DNA of 64,000 bases from positions 56,174,001 to 56,238,000 of the forward strand of contig NC_086097.1 in the NCBI RefSeq assembly GCF_963921235.1, written 5' to 3'. Below, in pieces: positions 50,909 through 62,559 of the stretch (position 1 is its first letter; the number at the start of each line of letters is the position of its first letter). The notes under the pieces were generated by a model, which saw only the letters and a program-made list of their open reading frames with translations, searched no databases and was not told the origin of the DNA. This stretch comes from Mobula hypostoma. Lineage: Eukaryota. Position numbers and translations under genes: made by a program.

Positions 50909-51663
50909 CAGTTGCAAGAAAAAGTGTGAACCCTTTGCAATTCCCTGGTTTTGTGCATTAATTACTCATAACATGTGGTCTGATCTTCATCTAATTCACA
51001 ATAATGGACAAACACAATCTGCCAAGGCTAACAATATACAAACAATTATACTGAGTACACCATTTAAACAATCCCAGTCTAGGTTCAAAAAAAGTATGTG
51101 ACCCTCTGGGGTAATCCTTCTACAAAAGCTATTTGGAGTCAGGTGTTCCAATCAATGAGATGAGTTTGGATGTGTGGGTTGTAGAGGTGCCCTGCCCTAT
51201 AAAAAAAGACACAGGTTACTGACAGAACCTGCTCTTCTAAAGAAAGATCTCTTTATGTGCACCATGCCTCGATGAAAACAACTTTCAGAGAAGACCTCGA
51301 AAAAAGACCTGTAGAGATGCATGGTACAGGTCTAACAAATGCTAACAAATAGCAGTGGAAAATTATTATAGTACTAAAGCCATCTCACTTAGACAACTGG
51401 GGAAATTAATAATTAATTAAATCTGCAATGAAAGACCACAAATAAAGATGAGAATAAAACTCATAGCTTGTATTAAAAATGTACTGGATTCAAAGTACAG
51501 CAGGGAGTCTGCCTTCTGTGATTCCATACCTCTGACCTGACCCACCAGCTCAAGGACAGCTAAATGCAGGCCTGGACACTAAAGTGACTTAGATGAAGAT
51601 CAGGCTACATTTTAATAGCAATTAATGCACAAAACCAGGTAATTGCAAATGGTTCACAAACTT
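50909..51663 (+). mobile_element. Tc1-like transposon deletion derivative
   Basis: TA|CAGTTGCAAGAAAAAGT left TIR; transposase start MPR*KQLSE; partial right TIR 51583-51663. Confidence 0.75.
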
Positions 51664-52950
51664 CAGGCTGCTGAACACAATTTTTCCTTCAATATTAATC
51701 AATAAGCTTCAAAACATAGGCCTCTGCACTTCACTCTGCAACTAGATCTTCGACCTCCTCATCGGGAGACCACAGTCACTGCTGATCAGAAATAACATCT
51801 CCTTTTTGCTAACAAATCAACACCAACACACTTCAGGATACTTGCTTAGCCCTTTGCTCTATTCCCTCTACCTCCCCCCCTTTGAATGTATGGCGTCGCA
51901 CAGCTCAAACACCATCTATAAATTTGCCGATTACACAACTGTTGTAGACAGAATCTCGGATGAGCGATGAGGTGGTGTACAGAAGTGGGACAGATCAGCT
52001 ACATGTGTTGGCGTAACAACAACCTTGCACTCATGTCAGCAAGACGAAGGAAATGATTGTCAAATTTGAGAAGAGAAAGTCGTGGAACCCACACAAGTCC
52101 TTATCAAATGGTCAGCAGTGGAAAGGGCGAGCAGTTTTAAGTTCCTGGGTGTCAACCTCTCTGAGGCTCTATCCTGGGCCCAACATATTGTTGCAAATAT
52201 GAAGGCAGCATGCCAGGGACTTGATTTTCTTAGGAGTTTGAGGAGAATTAGTACATCACCAAGGACACTCGCAAATTTCTATAGATGCATCGTGGACAGC
52301 ATTTCGTAAACACAAAATAATCTGCAGATGCTGGGGTCAAAGCAACACTCACAACACGCTAGAGGAGCTCAGCAGGTCGGGCAGCATCCGTGGAAACGAC
52401 GAGTCGACGTTCCGGGCCGGAACCTGACGAAGGATTCCAGCCCGAAACGTCGACTCATCGTTTCCACGGATGCTGCCCGACCTGCTGAGTTCCTCCAGCG
52501 TGTTGTGAGTGGAGAGCATTTCAACTGCCTGCATCACCATCTGGTGTGGAGGAGGCCACCGCACAAGGTTAGAAAAATCTGCAGAAGGTTGTCAACTCAG
52601 CAGAAGGTTGTGAACCATCACGGTTATTGCCTCCCCACACAACCGAGGGCATTTTCAAAAGGCGGCAAACATCACTAAGGACCTCCACCACATGCCCTTT
52701 ACTCATTGTTACCATCAAGGAGGTACAGGAGCCTTAAGACACGCAGTCAATGCCTTAGGAACAGTTTCTTCACCTCTGCCATCAGATTTCTGAACAGAAT
52801 CCATGAAGACTACCTCAGTATTTTTGCTCTCTATTTGCACTAAAAACATATACATTACAATAATTTATGTTATGTACTGCACTGTACTACTGCTGCAAAA
52901 CAACAAATTTCTATTAGCTCAGTGAAAACAAACCCAATTCTGATTCTGAA
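51664..52950 (+). mobile_element. Rex1/Babar-like LINE RT fragment, host of the fold-back element
   Basis: IYKFAD, SFKFLGVNLSEALSW, NFYRCIV remnants. Confidence 0.85.
52306..52508. mobile_element. Fold-back (inverted repeat) Penelope-derived element with hammerhead core at 52424-52451
   Basis: Inverted arms of about 75 bp; flanking GTGGA(C/G)AGCATTTC at 52292-52305 and 52509-52522; inserted in a Rex1-like LINE. Confidence 0.75.
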
Positions 52951-53794
52951 ATCTGGCAATGCCATTATTAATGACCCTTCATGAGCTGCTGATGAAACAC
53001 TTTGAATGTGCAGCCTAAGTTATATTGCCACAATGATTAGTATTTCTTAGATAAAAGGAAGTGACTTCCTAGGTCATTTCAAAAAGCAACAATACATTTG
53101 CAGGATTGGAGATAATTATATGGCTAACACTGGAAGGGTTTCAATGATCAACAATAAACCACTACTGACCAGTTCTTTTTAAAGTCAGTTAATTAAATAA
53201 ATCTGACATAAACTCTTCATTTTCCATGGCAAGATTGAAACTTGCCTCTCCTGATTATTAGCCTTGGGCTCTGGTTCACTAGTTAAATTGTTCATCCCAG
53301 TGGCAGTTCACTTTTTTGTCAAATATTAAGACAAAATGCAATTGTGGTCAAAATGTACATAGTTTTGCCATGGAGAACCATTACGCATAACAAAGTTTTC
53401 AAATCCAGAAACAAAATGGCAGTTACATTTCCGGATTTCAAAAAACGGGATTTAATGATGATCTAAACCATGACCTGGGTCTATTGTAACTGATTTAGCA
53501 GTAAAGATGTAATGTTAGTAGACTGCTTCAGCCCAAAACCAAAAAGTTCAGTTAAAGACAAAAATATTACAGTTAAAAATCAAACTTCCCCACTGCCGTC
53601 AAATTTAGAACTGACCTGAAAAAGTTTAAGACTACATGAGACTATATTTCCTCTCTCAATATTGCACTAGTGTCATTATGTTTATTTTGTTGATTTATTG
53701 CACATGCAAATACTGTATATGCTAATTTAAGTTTGTTAACTTGTGTTTGTCCTCATCTTCACCCTGCAACGTACTGTGCTGCTGCTACAAGATT

Positions 53795-54302
53795 ATTATG
53801 CATAATTATTGCATACAGTCCTGGTCGCCACATTATAGGAAAGAAATATTGAGGCTTTGGAGAGGGTGCAGAAGTAGTTTACCAGGATGCTACATGGATT
53901 AGGTGCATGTGCTATAATAAAAGTTGGTTGTTTTCTCTGGAGTGACAGAGGCTGACGGGGGATCTGATAGAGGTTTAAGAGATTATGACACACATAGAGA
54001 GAGTAGACAGATAGTTTCTCTTTTTCCAAGGTTGAAATGTCCAATGCCAAAGGAGATGTGTGAGGCATTTTTTTAAAAAAAAGAGTGGTGGAGTGCCTGG
54101 GGTGGTGGTAGAGGCCGCTACATGAGAGACTTTTGAAACATTTGGATAGGCATATGAACGTGAGGAAAATGGAGGAATATGGACATTGTGTGGGCCTAAG
54201 AGATTGGTTTAGTTTAATTGGCCATTTGATTACTAATTTATTTGATCTGACACAACATTGAGGGCCAAAGGGCCTGTTCCTGTACTGTCCTGTTCTATTC
54301 AA
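53795..54302 (+). mobile_element. CR1 3' end, degraded
   Basis: LERVQK.FTRML and RGDLIEV remnants. Confidence 0.75.
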
Positions 54303-54764
54303 GTTCCATGGCATTTTACTCTGTGCATCTGTGCTGATAACAGTTATAAGCTTCTACCCAAACAAATGAAATGGTGGTTGGGGGTGGGGGGGAAGAAAGA
54401 GGGGTAGTCCTACATTCAACTTGAATTATAGTTCAGAATCAAGTCATTGGTCCACAATTTACATTTAAAAATTAGGTCTACTTTGAACATTCAACATCAT
54501 AATTTGAGAAATTTGGCAGCAAACTCCAGAGTACTTTGCATATATAACTAAACACGAAGTCCCTTCAGCGGTTCTTTGCTTTTCCACAAGGGGAAAGACA
54601 GAATTTCATCGTTTATGTTCTGACGATAAGCCATTGACCTAAATGTTAACCCTCCCACCCGACAACCCAAATGCTGTCTACATCAATTAGTGTTGCTGTT
54701 TTAGGTTTCATACTTACAGGACTTTACTTTTGTAAGCCGGGCATCTGATTACGGAACATTTGGG

Positions 54765-55238
54765 AAACACAGAAACCCTACAGCACAATACAGGCCCTTT
54801 GGCCCACAATGCTGTGCCAAACATGTACTTACTTAGAAATTACTTAGGGTTAAGCATAGCCCTCTATTTTTCTAAGCTCCATGTACCTATCCAGGAGTCG
54901 CTTAAAAAACCCAATTGTATCCGCCTCCACCACCATCGCCGGCAGCTCATTCAACTCACTCACCACTCTGTGTAAAAAAAAACTTAACCCGACGTCTCCT
55001 CTATACCTGCTTCCAAGCCCTTTAAAACTGTGCCCTTTCGTGTAAGCCGTTTCAGCCCTGGGAAAAAGCCTCTGACTACCCACACAATCAATGCCTCTCA
55101 TCATCTTATACACTTCTACCAAGTCACCTCTCATCCTCCACCGCTCCAAGGCGAAAAGGCCGAGTTCACTCAACCTATTCTCATAAGGCATGTTCCCCAA
55201 TCCAACAATATCCTTGTCAATCTCCTCTGCACCCTTTT
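54765..55238 (-). mobile_element. CR1 3' end, same subfamily as 26882-27445
   Basis: ORF 54850-55278 YENRLSELGLF...RGDLVEVYKMM. Confidence 0.88.
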
Positions 55239-56769
55239 GGGAACTGATGACCAATAAAACATAACCTACCCCTCTCACCTAGAGGACCATTTGTTTTCAA
55301 ATACTTAAACTGTAATGAGCAATAACATCATCATTGAGTACAGGAAGGATTTTTTTTAAACTACCAACGATATCTCCAACACATTCTGCTTGTGAGACCA
55401 AACAACACTACTGGAATTCTATAAAAAATGCAGTTTCCAATCCCATTGCATCAGAATAAAGCAGTTTCTACTCTAACTTTATCCACCCTGTGCCTCTCAA
55501 CTACTATATTTCAAAACACCACCCACATCTATGAATCTACAGATTCAGGCATACCAATAGTTTTAACAGCCTCCCATCTTCTAACCGTAAAACTATACCC
55601 TATCCAAAATCAGCTGCTCCTCCCATGTCCCAAGTTCTGGTAGATGATCACCCCTGCAATCACTATTCTAAAGTGAATCGCAGTTCCAAAGTTTTCAATC
55701 ATCTGGATTCTATCACAACATGTAAATCTAACAATGTGCTCATCCTCCCCATCTTCATAACCGCAATCCATCCTACAATAAATTCTGTTCATCTGGTAAG
55801 TCTCCATGCATACCCTTTTTACACTCCACCCCGTCAATTGACTATTTTGCTTTCCAATCACATTGGACATAATTGTAAAAATCCTTCTTTTTAATACCCA
55901 CATTAAAACCCACCCCTTTCACCAACCTTTTGATACACAATCTCTTGCCTGAACCAAGGAACCGATTTTTAAGGTCAACTTAAAAGTCATTCATGCATCT
56001 TATAAAGCTGCATTACTGATGAATTAGGTTGTCATGTTAAAGGAGGCGCAGAAGTAAGAGAAACAAGGATTGAAATGAAAATGACTACATGGAGATTATT
56101 AAAAATCAAACAAACTTAATTATTAGTGTAACTATTTCATTATTTTGTAAATTACTAATAGATGTAATTTCCCAATAACAGCTTAGAAATAAAATATTTC
56201 TAAAATTAACTGGATAACACCATGGGCACCAAATGTTAATAGTATCTATGTTCTCATTTGGCACGATAGAACAAATGGCACCCTGCGCATTTCTTTGTAT
56301 ACTTGGGTAACAATAAATCATCGTCTAATACATTTCATTCATTTTGGAAAAATAAACTTCCATACAGCTCTTCAAGGAGTGATATTGAAAATTTTCATGC
56401 ATCACCCCTTAGCTTTGCAATCACATCGCAGCAAATGACTTTGCTGAATTAATCCAAGTTCACCGAGTCGTAATTATTTACCACTCCCTTGAAAGGACAG
56501 CCAGCTAAAACTGTTTCTTTCTCAATCGATGCCGTCTCACTTGCAGCGTTTTCACAGTACATTCTAGCTTTTATTATAGATTTCCTAGAATCCCAATATT
56601 TTCTTGTTGGGTGGTTAAGCATCATATCCTTTGTAACAACATATGACTCACTGAACCCTATTCCTAGGCCCAAGACATCTGGATAATAAGCAATTTTCTC
56701 AGTTTACCGACAACACCAACATCGGAGTTGAATCAGATTCGGTAACACCGAAACAACAGCCGGACCCAC

Positions 56770-56796
56770 CTCGAACAGTTCCGCCGTGGTAGCCAT
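56770..56796 (-). CDS. EXOC5: EXOC5 coding exon 1 (MATTAELFE)
   Basis: Minus strand reads ATG GCT ACC ACG GCG GAA CTG TTC GAG|GTGGGT, matching the vertebrate EXOC5 N-terminus. Confidence 0.95.
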
Positions 56797-57179
56797 AACG
56801 CCAGACACGAGAATTGTTCGTGGTCTATCCGCCAAAGCACCTACATAATGAAGAGTCCCAGAACCGCCCAAAGGATGTTGCGACTCCCAGCGGGCAGCCC
56901 GGAGTTCGGGTTCACCACTGACACTCCTTCACCCACCCATCCGCCACTCCTCCATCTTTCCGCTTCACCGGAAGTCACCGCGTTGCGCGACTGGACGAAA
57001 GGGAGCGACTGCGCAGGCCGGGCGCCCTCTGACCCGTAGGCTGGGAATGCGCAGGCGCTCTCTCCTGTCTGGGGGCTGGGGCATCGGGGCACCCGCGGGC
57101 TGTCAGGCGGTGGGAGGGCGGTTCTCCTTCTTTGCTGTACGTCGCTGTTCCTTCCAAGTAATTTGTCAACTTGACAGAA
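56797..57179. promoter_or_regulatory. CpG-rich bidirectional promoter/5'UTR region shared by EXOC5 and AP5M1
   Basis: 383 bp between divergent ATGs; GC/CpG-rich; ETS/GABP motif ACCGGAAGT 56967-56975; NRF1 motif TGCGCAGGCGC 57048-57058. Confidence 0.85.
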
Positions 57180-57247
57180 ATGAGTGTTCGGGCATTTTGG
57201 CTGGTGGGGCTGGAGAGGGGAGAAGCGCCGTCAGTGAAGTTCTCGAG
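57180..57247 (+). CDS. AP5M1: AP5M1 (AP-5 complex mu-1 subunit) coding exon 1 (MSVRAFWLVGLERGEAPSVKFS)
   Basis: ATG at 57180, donor AG|GTAATG; resembles AP5M1 N-terminus (RAxWL...VxFSR); phase 2 joins exon 2. Confidence 0.88.
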
Positions 57248-58184
57248 GTAATGATGTGCAGAATGCGAATTTGCATTTCCCCATTAACGTTTACTGTTAG
57301 AGGAGACTTCCAGAAACGAGCCTTCAACAAGATGCGTTGTACAAGTAAACACAGGCATTTTGTATTGACCACGTTCGTTATACGACAGACAGTAATAGAA
57401 AGTTGATCCTGTTCGGAAAGCATTGGATAACGATTGGAAAATTGATTAGTTCAGAGTTTAACGGCGTACTCTTTGCTTACTGGGCGAATAGGGTTTGTGA
57501 AATGGTAGGAATTAAAGCAGTGCAAAATTTTCTTCAGTTAACTTAAAAGCAAACGACTTGCGTGGATATAGAAGAATGCTGAACTTTTTAAAAGGATGAG
57601 GAAGTTAGACGATATGGTGCAACAAAGAAAGGGTGCATGATAATGTAGATGAATTCTTCGTGCGATACAGTAAGTTGCCAAGGGAAAATAAAACTAGCAA
57701 TGTGAGAATAGAATGACAATTAATGTAATAGAGAAACCAAAATTGTGCATGAATTCTTTTAAATTGGGATGGCTAACGCGGTCTAAACAGAGCAAGTCTT
57801 GTTACAAAAGCAAAGAGGTGCCAAAAATTGGAGAACGTACACTATTGCTCGGGTTTACGTACACAACTCTCTCCCTACCTTCCTTCCTGCCCTCCCACCT
57901 ACTGGTGGGCTTTACAACTTCCTTCAGTTTCATCTGTCCCGTTTTCCCCCTATGCTACATCTCATGCAATCCTGCTCATCATATTTTAACAACGTGTGAA
58001 GGTCTCTGAAAGGGCACAGTGGAGGTATATCTGTGGTGATTTGGTTGGAGAAGGTGGGGTTCTCACTAGAGTAAAGGCAGTTGGGAGGTTATTAGATGGG
58101 CACAAAAAGCACAAAATATAGTGAAGTTTAAATATCACAGCTCACCATAGCTGATGGGGCAAAGTCCACCCCAATAACAGAGCA

Positions 58185-58420
58185 GTTAACACAACACTAT
58201 TTCAGCTCTTTGAGTTCAATTCCAGCATTATCTGTAAGGAATTTGTACATATTCCCTGTGAATAAGAGGTTTCCTCTCTCAATCCAAATGCCTACTACTT
58301 AGTAGGTTGATGGGTCATTATAAATTGTCTTGTGATTAGGCTAGGGTCAAATAGGGGGGTTCCTGGGCAGTGCAGCTCATTGGGCTGGAAGGGCCTGGTT
58401 CTGTGTTGTATCTTTAGTTA
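58185..58420 (+). repeat. Degraded V-SINE-like element within an old CR1 3' fragment
   Basis: GTTCAATTCC B-box-like motif and GGTCATT.TAAATTGTC..GTGATTAGGCTAGGG. Confidence 0.5.
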
Positions 58421-58952
58421 AACAAGTTTAAGATTTTTGATAAGAGATACAGTTGATGTGTGGAAGAATGTTTTACACACTAATGGTAAATGCGCACTGC
58501 CTACAAGGGAGGTAGATGCAGTGAAGACAAATAATTTTGAAAGGGAAATAAATTGATATTTGAGGGAAATAAGTTTGTATGGCCATGAGGATAGAAAGGG
58601 GAAATGAGACTGAATTGGCCCACAGAGAAGTGACTTGAACTAATTGGGCCTCCTTCTGTGATTCCATAACACCTTCGAAATCTGGATATTTTAATTTGTT
58701 TCCCAGTACCAATACTGCTGTTTTTTTAAAGGCCTGTACAATGCTATATTGATGTTAAACCCAATAAAGTTGCTGCCTTTAGTTTCAAAGTTGGTAAGAA
58801 ATTGCAAATGTTAATTGTATTTGGTAAGTAGGTTATATTGCACATACAATATAGCACCCTGTAGTGATGTTCCATTTTATTTGCATTTTGTTAAGTATTC
58901 AATGGCATTTATGGCAGTTATCAAAACATTTATCCATGCTTTCTTTTTATAG

Positions 58953-59607
58953 ACAATATCCAACAGTTGAAAAAAGAGCCAAAGTTTTCAATGGGGATAC
59001 CTATACAGAAGTGCCAGAAGATGGTATCTTTCTTGGTGCACTGTTGTGTGAACTTGGTATGACTGATCTGGACAAGAACTTTGTGGAACTCAGAGATAGT
59101 TGTTGCAGAATAAATAGGACATCAATCTATGAAATTGCTGTTGGAGATGGAACTCTTTGGCCTGTTCTTGTAATGACACAAAATGCCGTCCTCTTTGCTT
59201 GCCTTCCTTTAGTTGAACAGCCTTTGAATCCCCACCCACCATTAATAAACCTACATGGGATTTCTGCTGCATTTGCACTACTAACGGGGTTAATGGCCTT
59301 TCTAAATGTGTCACAGAGAAATGAATCAGATGTTGCCACTAAGGTTGCTCAGCTCCCTGTAATGTTGATGCATGCATGTCCGCTTGGCACTCCAACAGAT
59401 ACTGATTTTGGATGGATGCAAACCCTCTCCGGAAGCCATGGTCCTCATAATCCAGTACAGACCCAAAAGCAGCCAGCTTGGAAACCTGGTACATACAAAG
59501 GAAAACCACAGGTTAACGTCTCTGTCACTGAACAAATTCGGTCAATGCAGTATGGCAAGAAAGATGTAATTGATGTATGGCAAGATTATGGAACTGTAAC
59601 ATGTAAG
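58953..59607 (+). CDS. AP5M1: AP5M1 exon 2 (RQYPTVEKRAKVFNG...QKQPAWKPGTYKGKPQV...GTVTCK)
   Basis: Inside ORF 58864-59685; TTTTTATAG| and |GTTAGT; diagnostic YPTVEKRA and QPAWK motifs. Confidence 0.95.
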
Positions 59608-59999
59608 GTTAGTACTGTATATGTACATTTCATTGTTCAGAAATCACCTTCCAACAAAAATATGGAATGTGTAGATTTTTTTTAAAAAGCTTACTTTTTT
59701 AGTATTGAAGTTGTATGTCTATAGTTTATCACTTTTTGTGTTTTTTATTTATTCAGAGAAATCACACGTTTGTAAATTTGATTCTTATTCTTACTTTGCT
59801 GAATCCTAAATAAATGATAAGGTAAATAATTGAGTTGTAGCTTTGTGCATTGTTATGATGAACATGGGGCTATCACAAACATGAACAAATATGAGGTAAT
59901 TCTACTCAGTGACAACATTTTTTACTTCAAAGTAAGAATTTTGAGTCTCACGATAGGACATGAGCTCATAACTAAGATGGTACAAATGAAGTGTTATAT

Positions 60000-60270
60000 T
60001 TCTAGCGATACTGTCTTTCTAAAGAGATACCAAATGAAGGCCTAGTTACCTTGTCAAGTGGGTGTAAAAGATCCTGTGGTTCATTATGAAAACAATCAGA
60101 GTGATGCTGTTGTTTACAACAGCAAAATTTATTTCTTGGCCAAAATCAATGGATGCATTGAGCGTATACACAAACTATATGCAAATTAGTTCCTTGCTTG
60201 TAACAGCAACAGTCATGATGTAAAGTAATTTATTAGTTGTAAGTGCTAAATAAATGTGTTTCTTTCCAAC
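60000..60270 (+). repeat. Ancient DeuSINE-like remnant in AP5M1 intron 2
   Basis: GTGGGTGTAAAAGATCCTGTGG Deu-like core. Confidence 0.45.
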
Positions 60271-60393
60271 AGGTGTGTAGCTTAATAGAACTTACTTCAG
60301 GTTGTCTGCTGTCTCTGCTGTTATTATTGAACAAAAATGTTTCTGATTTCCTTAAAGTTTCATTTGTTGTTTTCTGTATTTGTTCCAATTTAG

Positions 60394-60621
60394 TGTGACT
60401 TGGAAGGAATAATGCCAACTGTTACCGTAAGCCTGAATTTACCCATCAATGGATCTCCTCTCCAGGATATTCTTGTGCATCCTTGTGTCAGTGTAGTTGA
60501 CTCCACTATCCTTACTTTTAATAGCGTGGATGATATGGATGATTCACTGTTCAATGGACCATACAAGTTTCCCTTCACACCACCATTAGATGTATTTAAA
60601 CTCTGCTACTACACTTCCCAA
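60394..60621 (+). CDS. AP5M1: AP5M1 exon 3 ([32 protein letters not shown]...[22 protein letters not shown])
   Basis: TTTAG| and |GTTAGT; 228 nt; mu-homology domain. Confidence 0.95.
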
Positions 60622-62119
60622 GTTAGTATTCTTGTTAAACTTGAAATAAGAAAGTATATGAATTTTGATTCAATTTATGCAGTATCTTTTTGTAAGTTTT
60701 GTGCAAAAGTCCATTTTTGTAACAGCTGTTTATTTTACTTGAACTGGTTTCTAACTTTGAATTATAGTCTTGGTGTCAGACTTTACTCAGTAAGTAGCAA
60801 TCTTGCTTTTAAGTCAGAGTGTCATGTATTGAAGTTATAACTCAGCACGAATAAATCTTGGTTGACAGTTCTATAACAGTATACAAAGACTGCCATATAA
60901 TCAGAGCTGTCATCTTTTAGATGAATTGTTAGAGGCCAGTCTACTTACTCATGTCAACGTAAAATTGCTCATGCACTTCAGAGAAATGTAGAGATATTCT
61001 TGTTCTTAATAATTCTCTCCACTAGCCTCACTCTTGCTTCCATTTATGAATCTTAGTCTCCTGTGCTTTCTGTATTTCAGTATGTTAATAACTTATGAAT
61101 ATTTTGATTATGTTGATTATTATCTCTGAATAAATAACTTGTTGCAGAATACTGGATAATCACTGGTATGTAGGTTTACTGATTTGAACTGAAAAATGCT
61201 GTCCTCTAGATGGAATACATGGGAAAACTCAAAGATTGGTTGTCAAATCTGGGCTTTGTCTCGACTAATTTTTCCACTTCACATCACCGGAATACTAAAT
61301 TTGAAAATTGAAGTGCAAGGATGATTTGTGTCTACATATGCCTGACTGAATTTACAGAATTTTCACTTCATTCACTTAATGCTTTAAAAAGATGATTTGC
61401 AAAAGTATTTTTAAGTTCTGGTGTTGTCCCAGATTTTGTGATATATCAATCAGCTCCTCGTAGTTTGCTCCACTCTTCAGTTTAACAGTGGCTGATCTGA
61501 CTGTAATCTGAGCTCCACAACCCAGCCTCACAATACTCTACCTTTCTACCCGCCCCCATGTCATGAAGAATCTGACTAACTGCCTTCACCATACAATGAG
61601 GGACAGAGTTGCAAAGACTCTTGGCCCCGCCATAAGTGGGTGACTCTTTCTCTCTATAAACAGCCTGCCCAGACCTTTCAAGATCTTGGAGGTACAAGAG
61701 AGTGCTAGAACAAACAAGTTGCTAGAGGAACTCAGCGGCTTAAGTGTGAAAGGAAATGGACAGTTGACTGTCCAGAAGAAGGGCCTCGACCATCTATTTC
61801 TGCTGCTTAACCTGCTGATACCCCTCAGGGTTTTGTTCTTCACTCAAATTGCTTCTCCTTTGACTCCAGTGAATACAAACCAAGCCAGTCATAAACTGAA
61901 CTGTTTTAATAAGTTAGGTTCCAGTTATAGCATTTTTGTTCAGGTTTACTGCTTTCTGGAATTATTTGGATTATAATTTCATAAGATTTTAAAAAAGCAG
62001 CTTGCATTGAACAGAGGAAATCAGACTGTTGGGTCTTGTCAGATTAAGCATTCATGAAAGTGAAACACTGATAGTGTTAGAGCTCTTAATTAAATTATGC
62101 CTCATTGTTTTGTTTGCAG

Positions 62120-62259
62120 GTACCAATCCCTCCAATTCTTGGTTTCTATCAAATGACAGAAGAAAAGCAACAATTAAAGATTGCAGTCAATCTAAAACTT
62201 CATGAGAGTGTCAAAAATGGATTTGAATATTGTGAAGCTCATATTCCCTTCTTTAACAG
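62120..62259 (+). CDS. AP5M1: AP5M1 exon 4 ([46 protein letters not shown]); gene continues past the window
   Basis: TTTGCAG| and |GTATTG; 140 nt. Confidence 0.94.
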
Positions 62260-62559
62260 GTATTGAAGGTGGTATCTTGTATTTTTAAAAAAGTTTGCTA
62301 TGTCAGTGAAGGTTTTATGTGGGATATATGTGCAGGATATCCAGCAAATTTGTAGGATGTGGTATATAGTAAAATTGTATAATAAACTACCCATTTGAAT
62401 ATCAAGTGTATTATTTTATTGCTTGCCTTTCAGCAATTTTAATGTGTTTAAGGTTGGTAAGTTGGTGATGTGTGGGTGGCAATTAGATGGGATAGGTTGC
62501 GGTAAGTGAATAAAGTTCTTTGCTAGATGAAACTTGGAAGGCTCATTTTACAAAAAATG

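Noticed and set aside
57047..57423. Overlapping ORFs across the promoter
   Set aside because: By-products of GC-rich sequence; the real AP5M1 exon 1 is in another frame (57180-57247).
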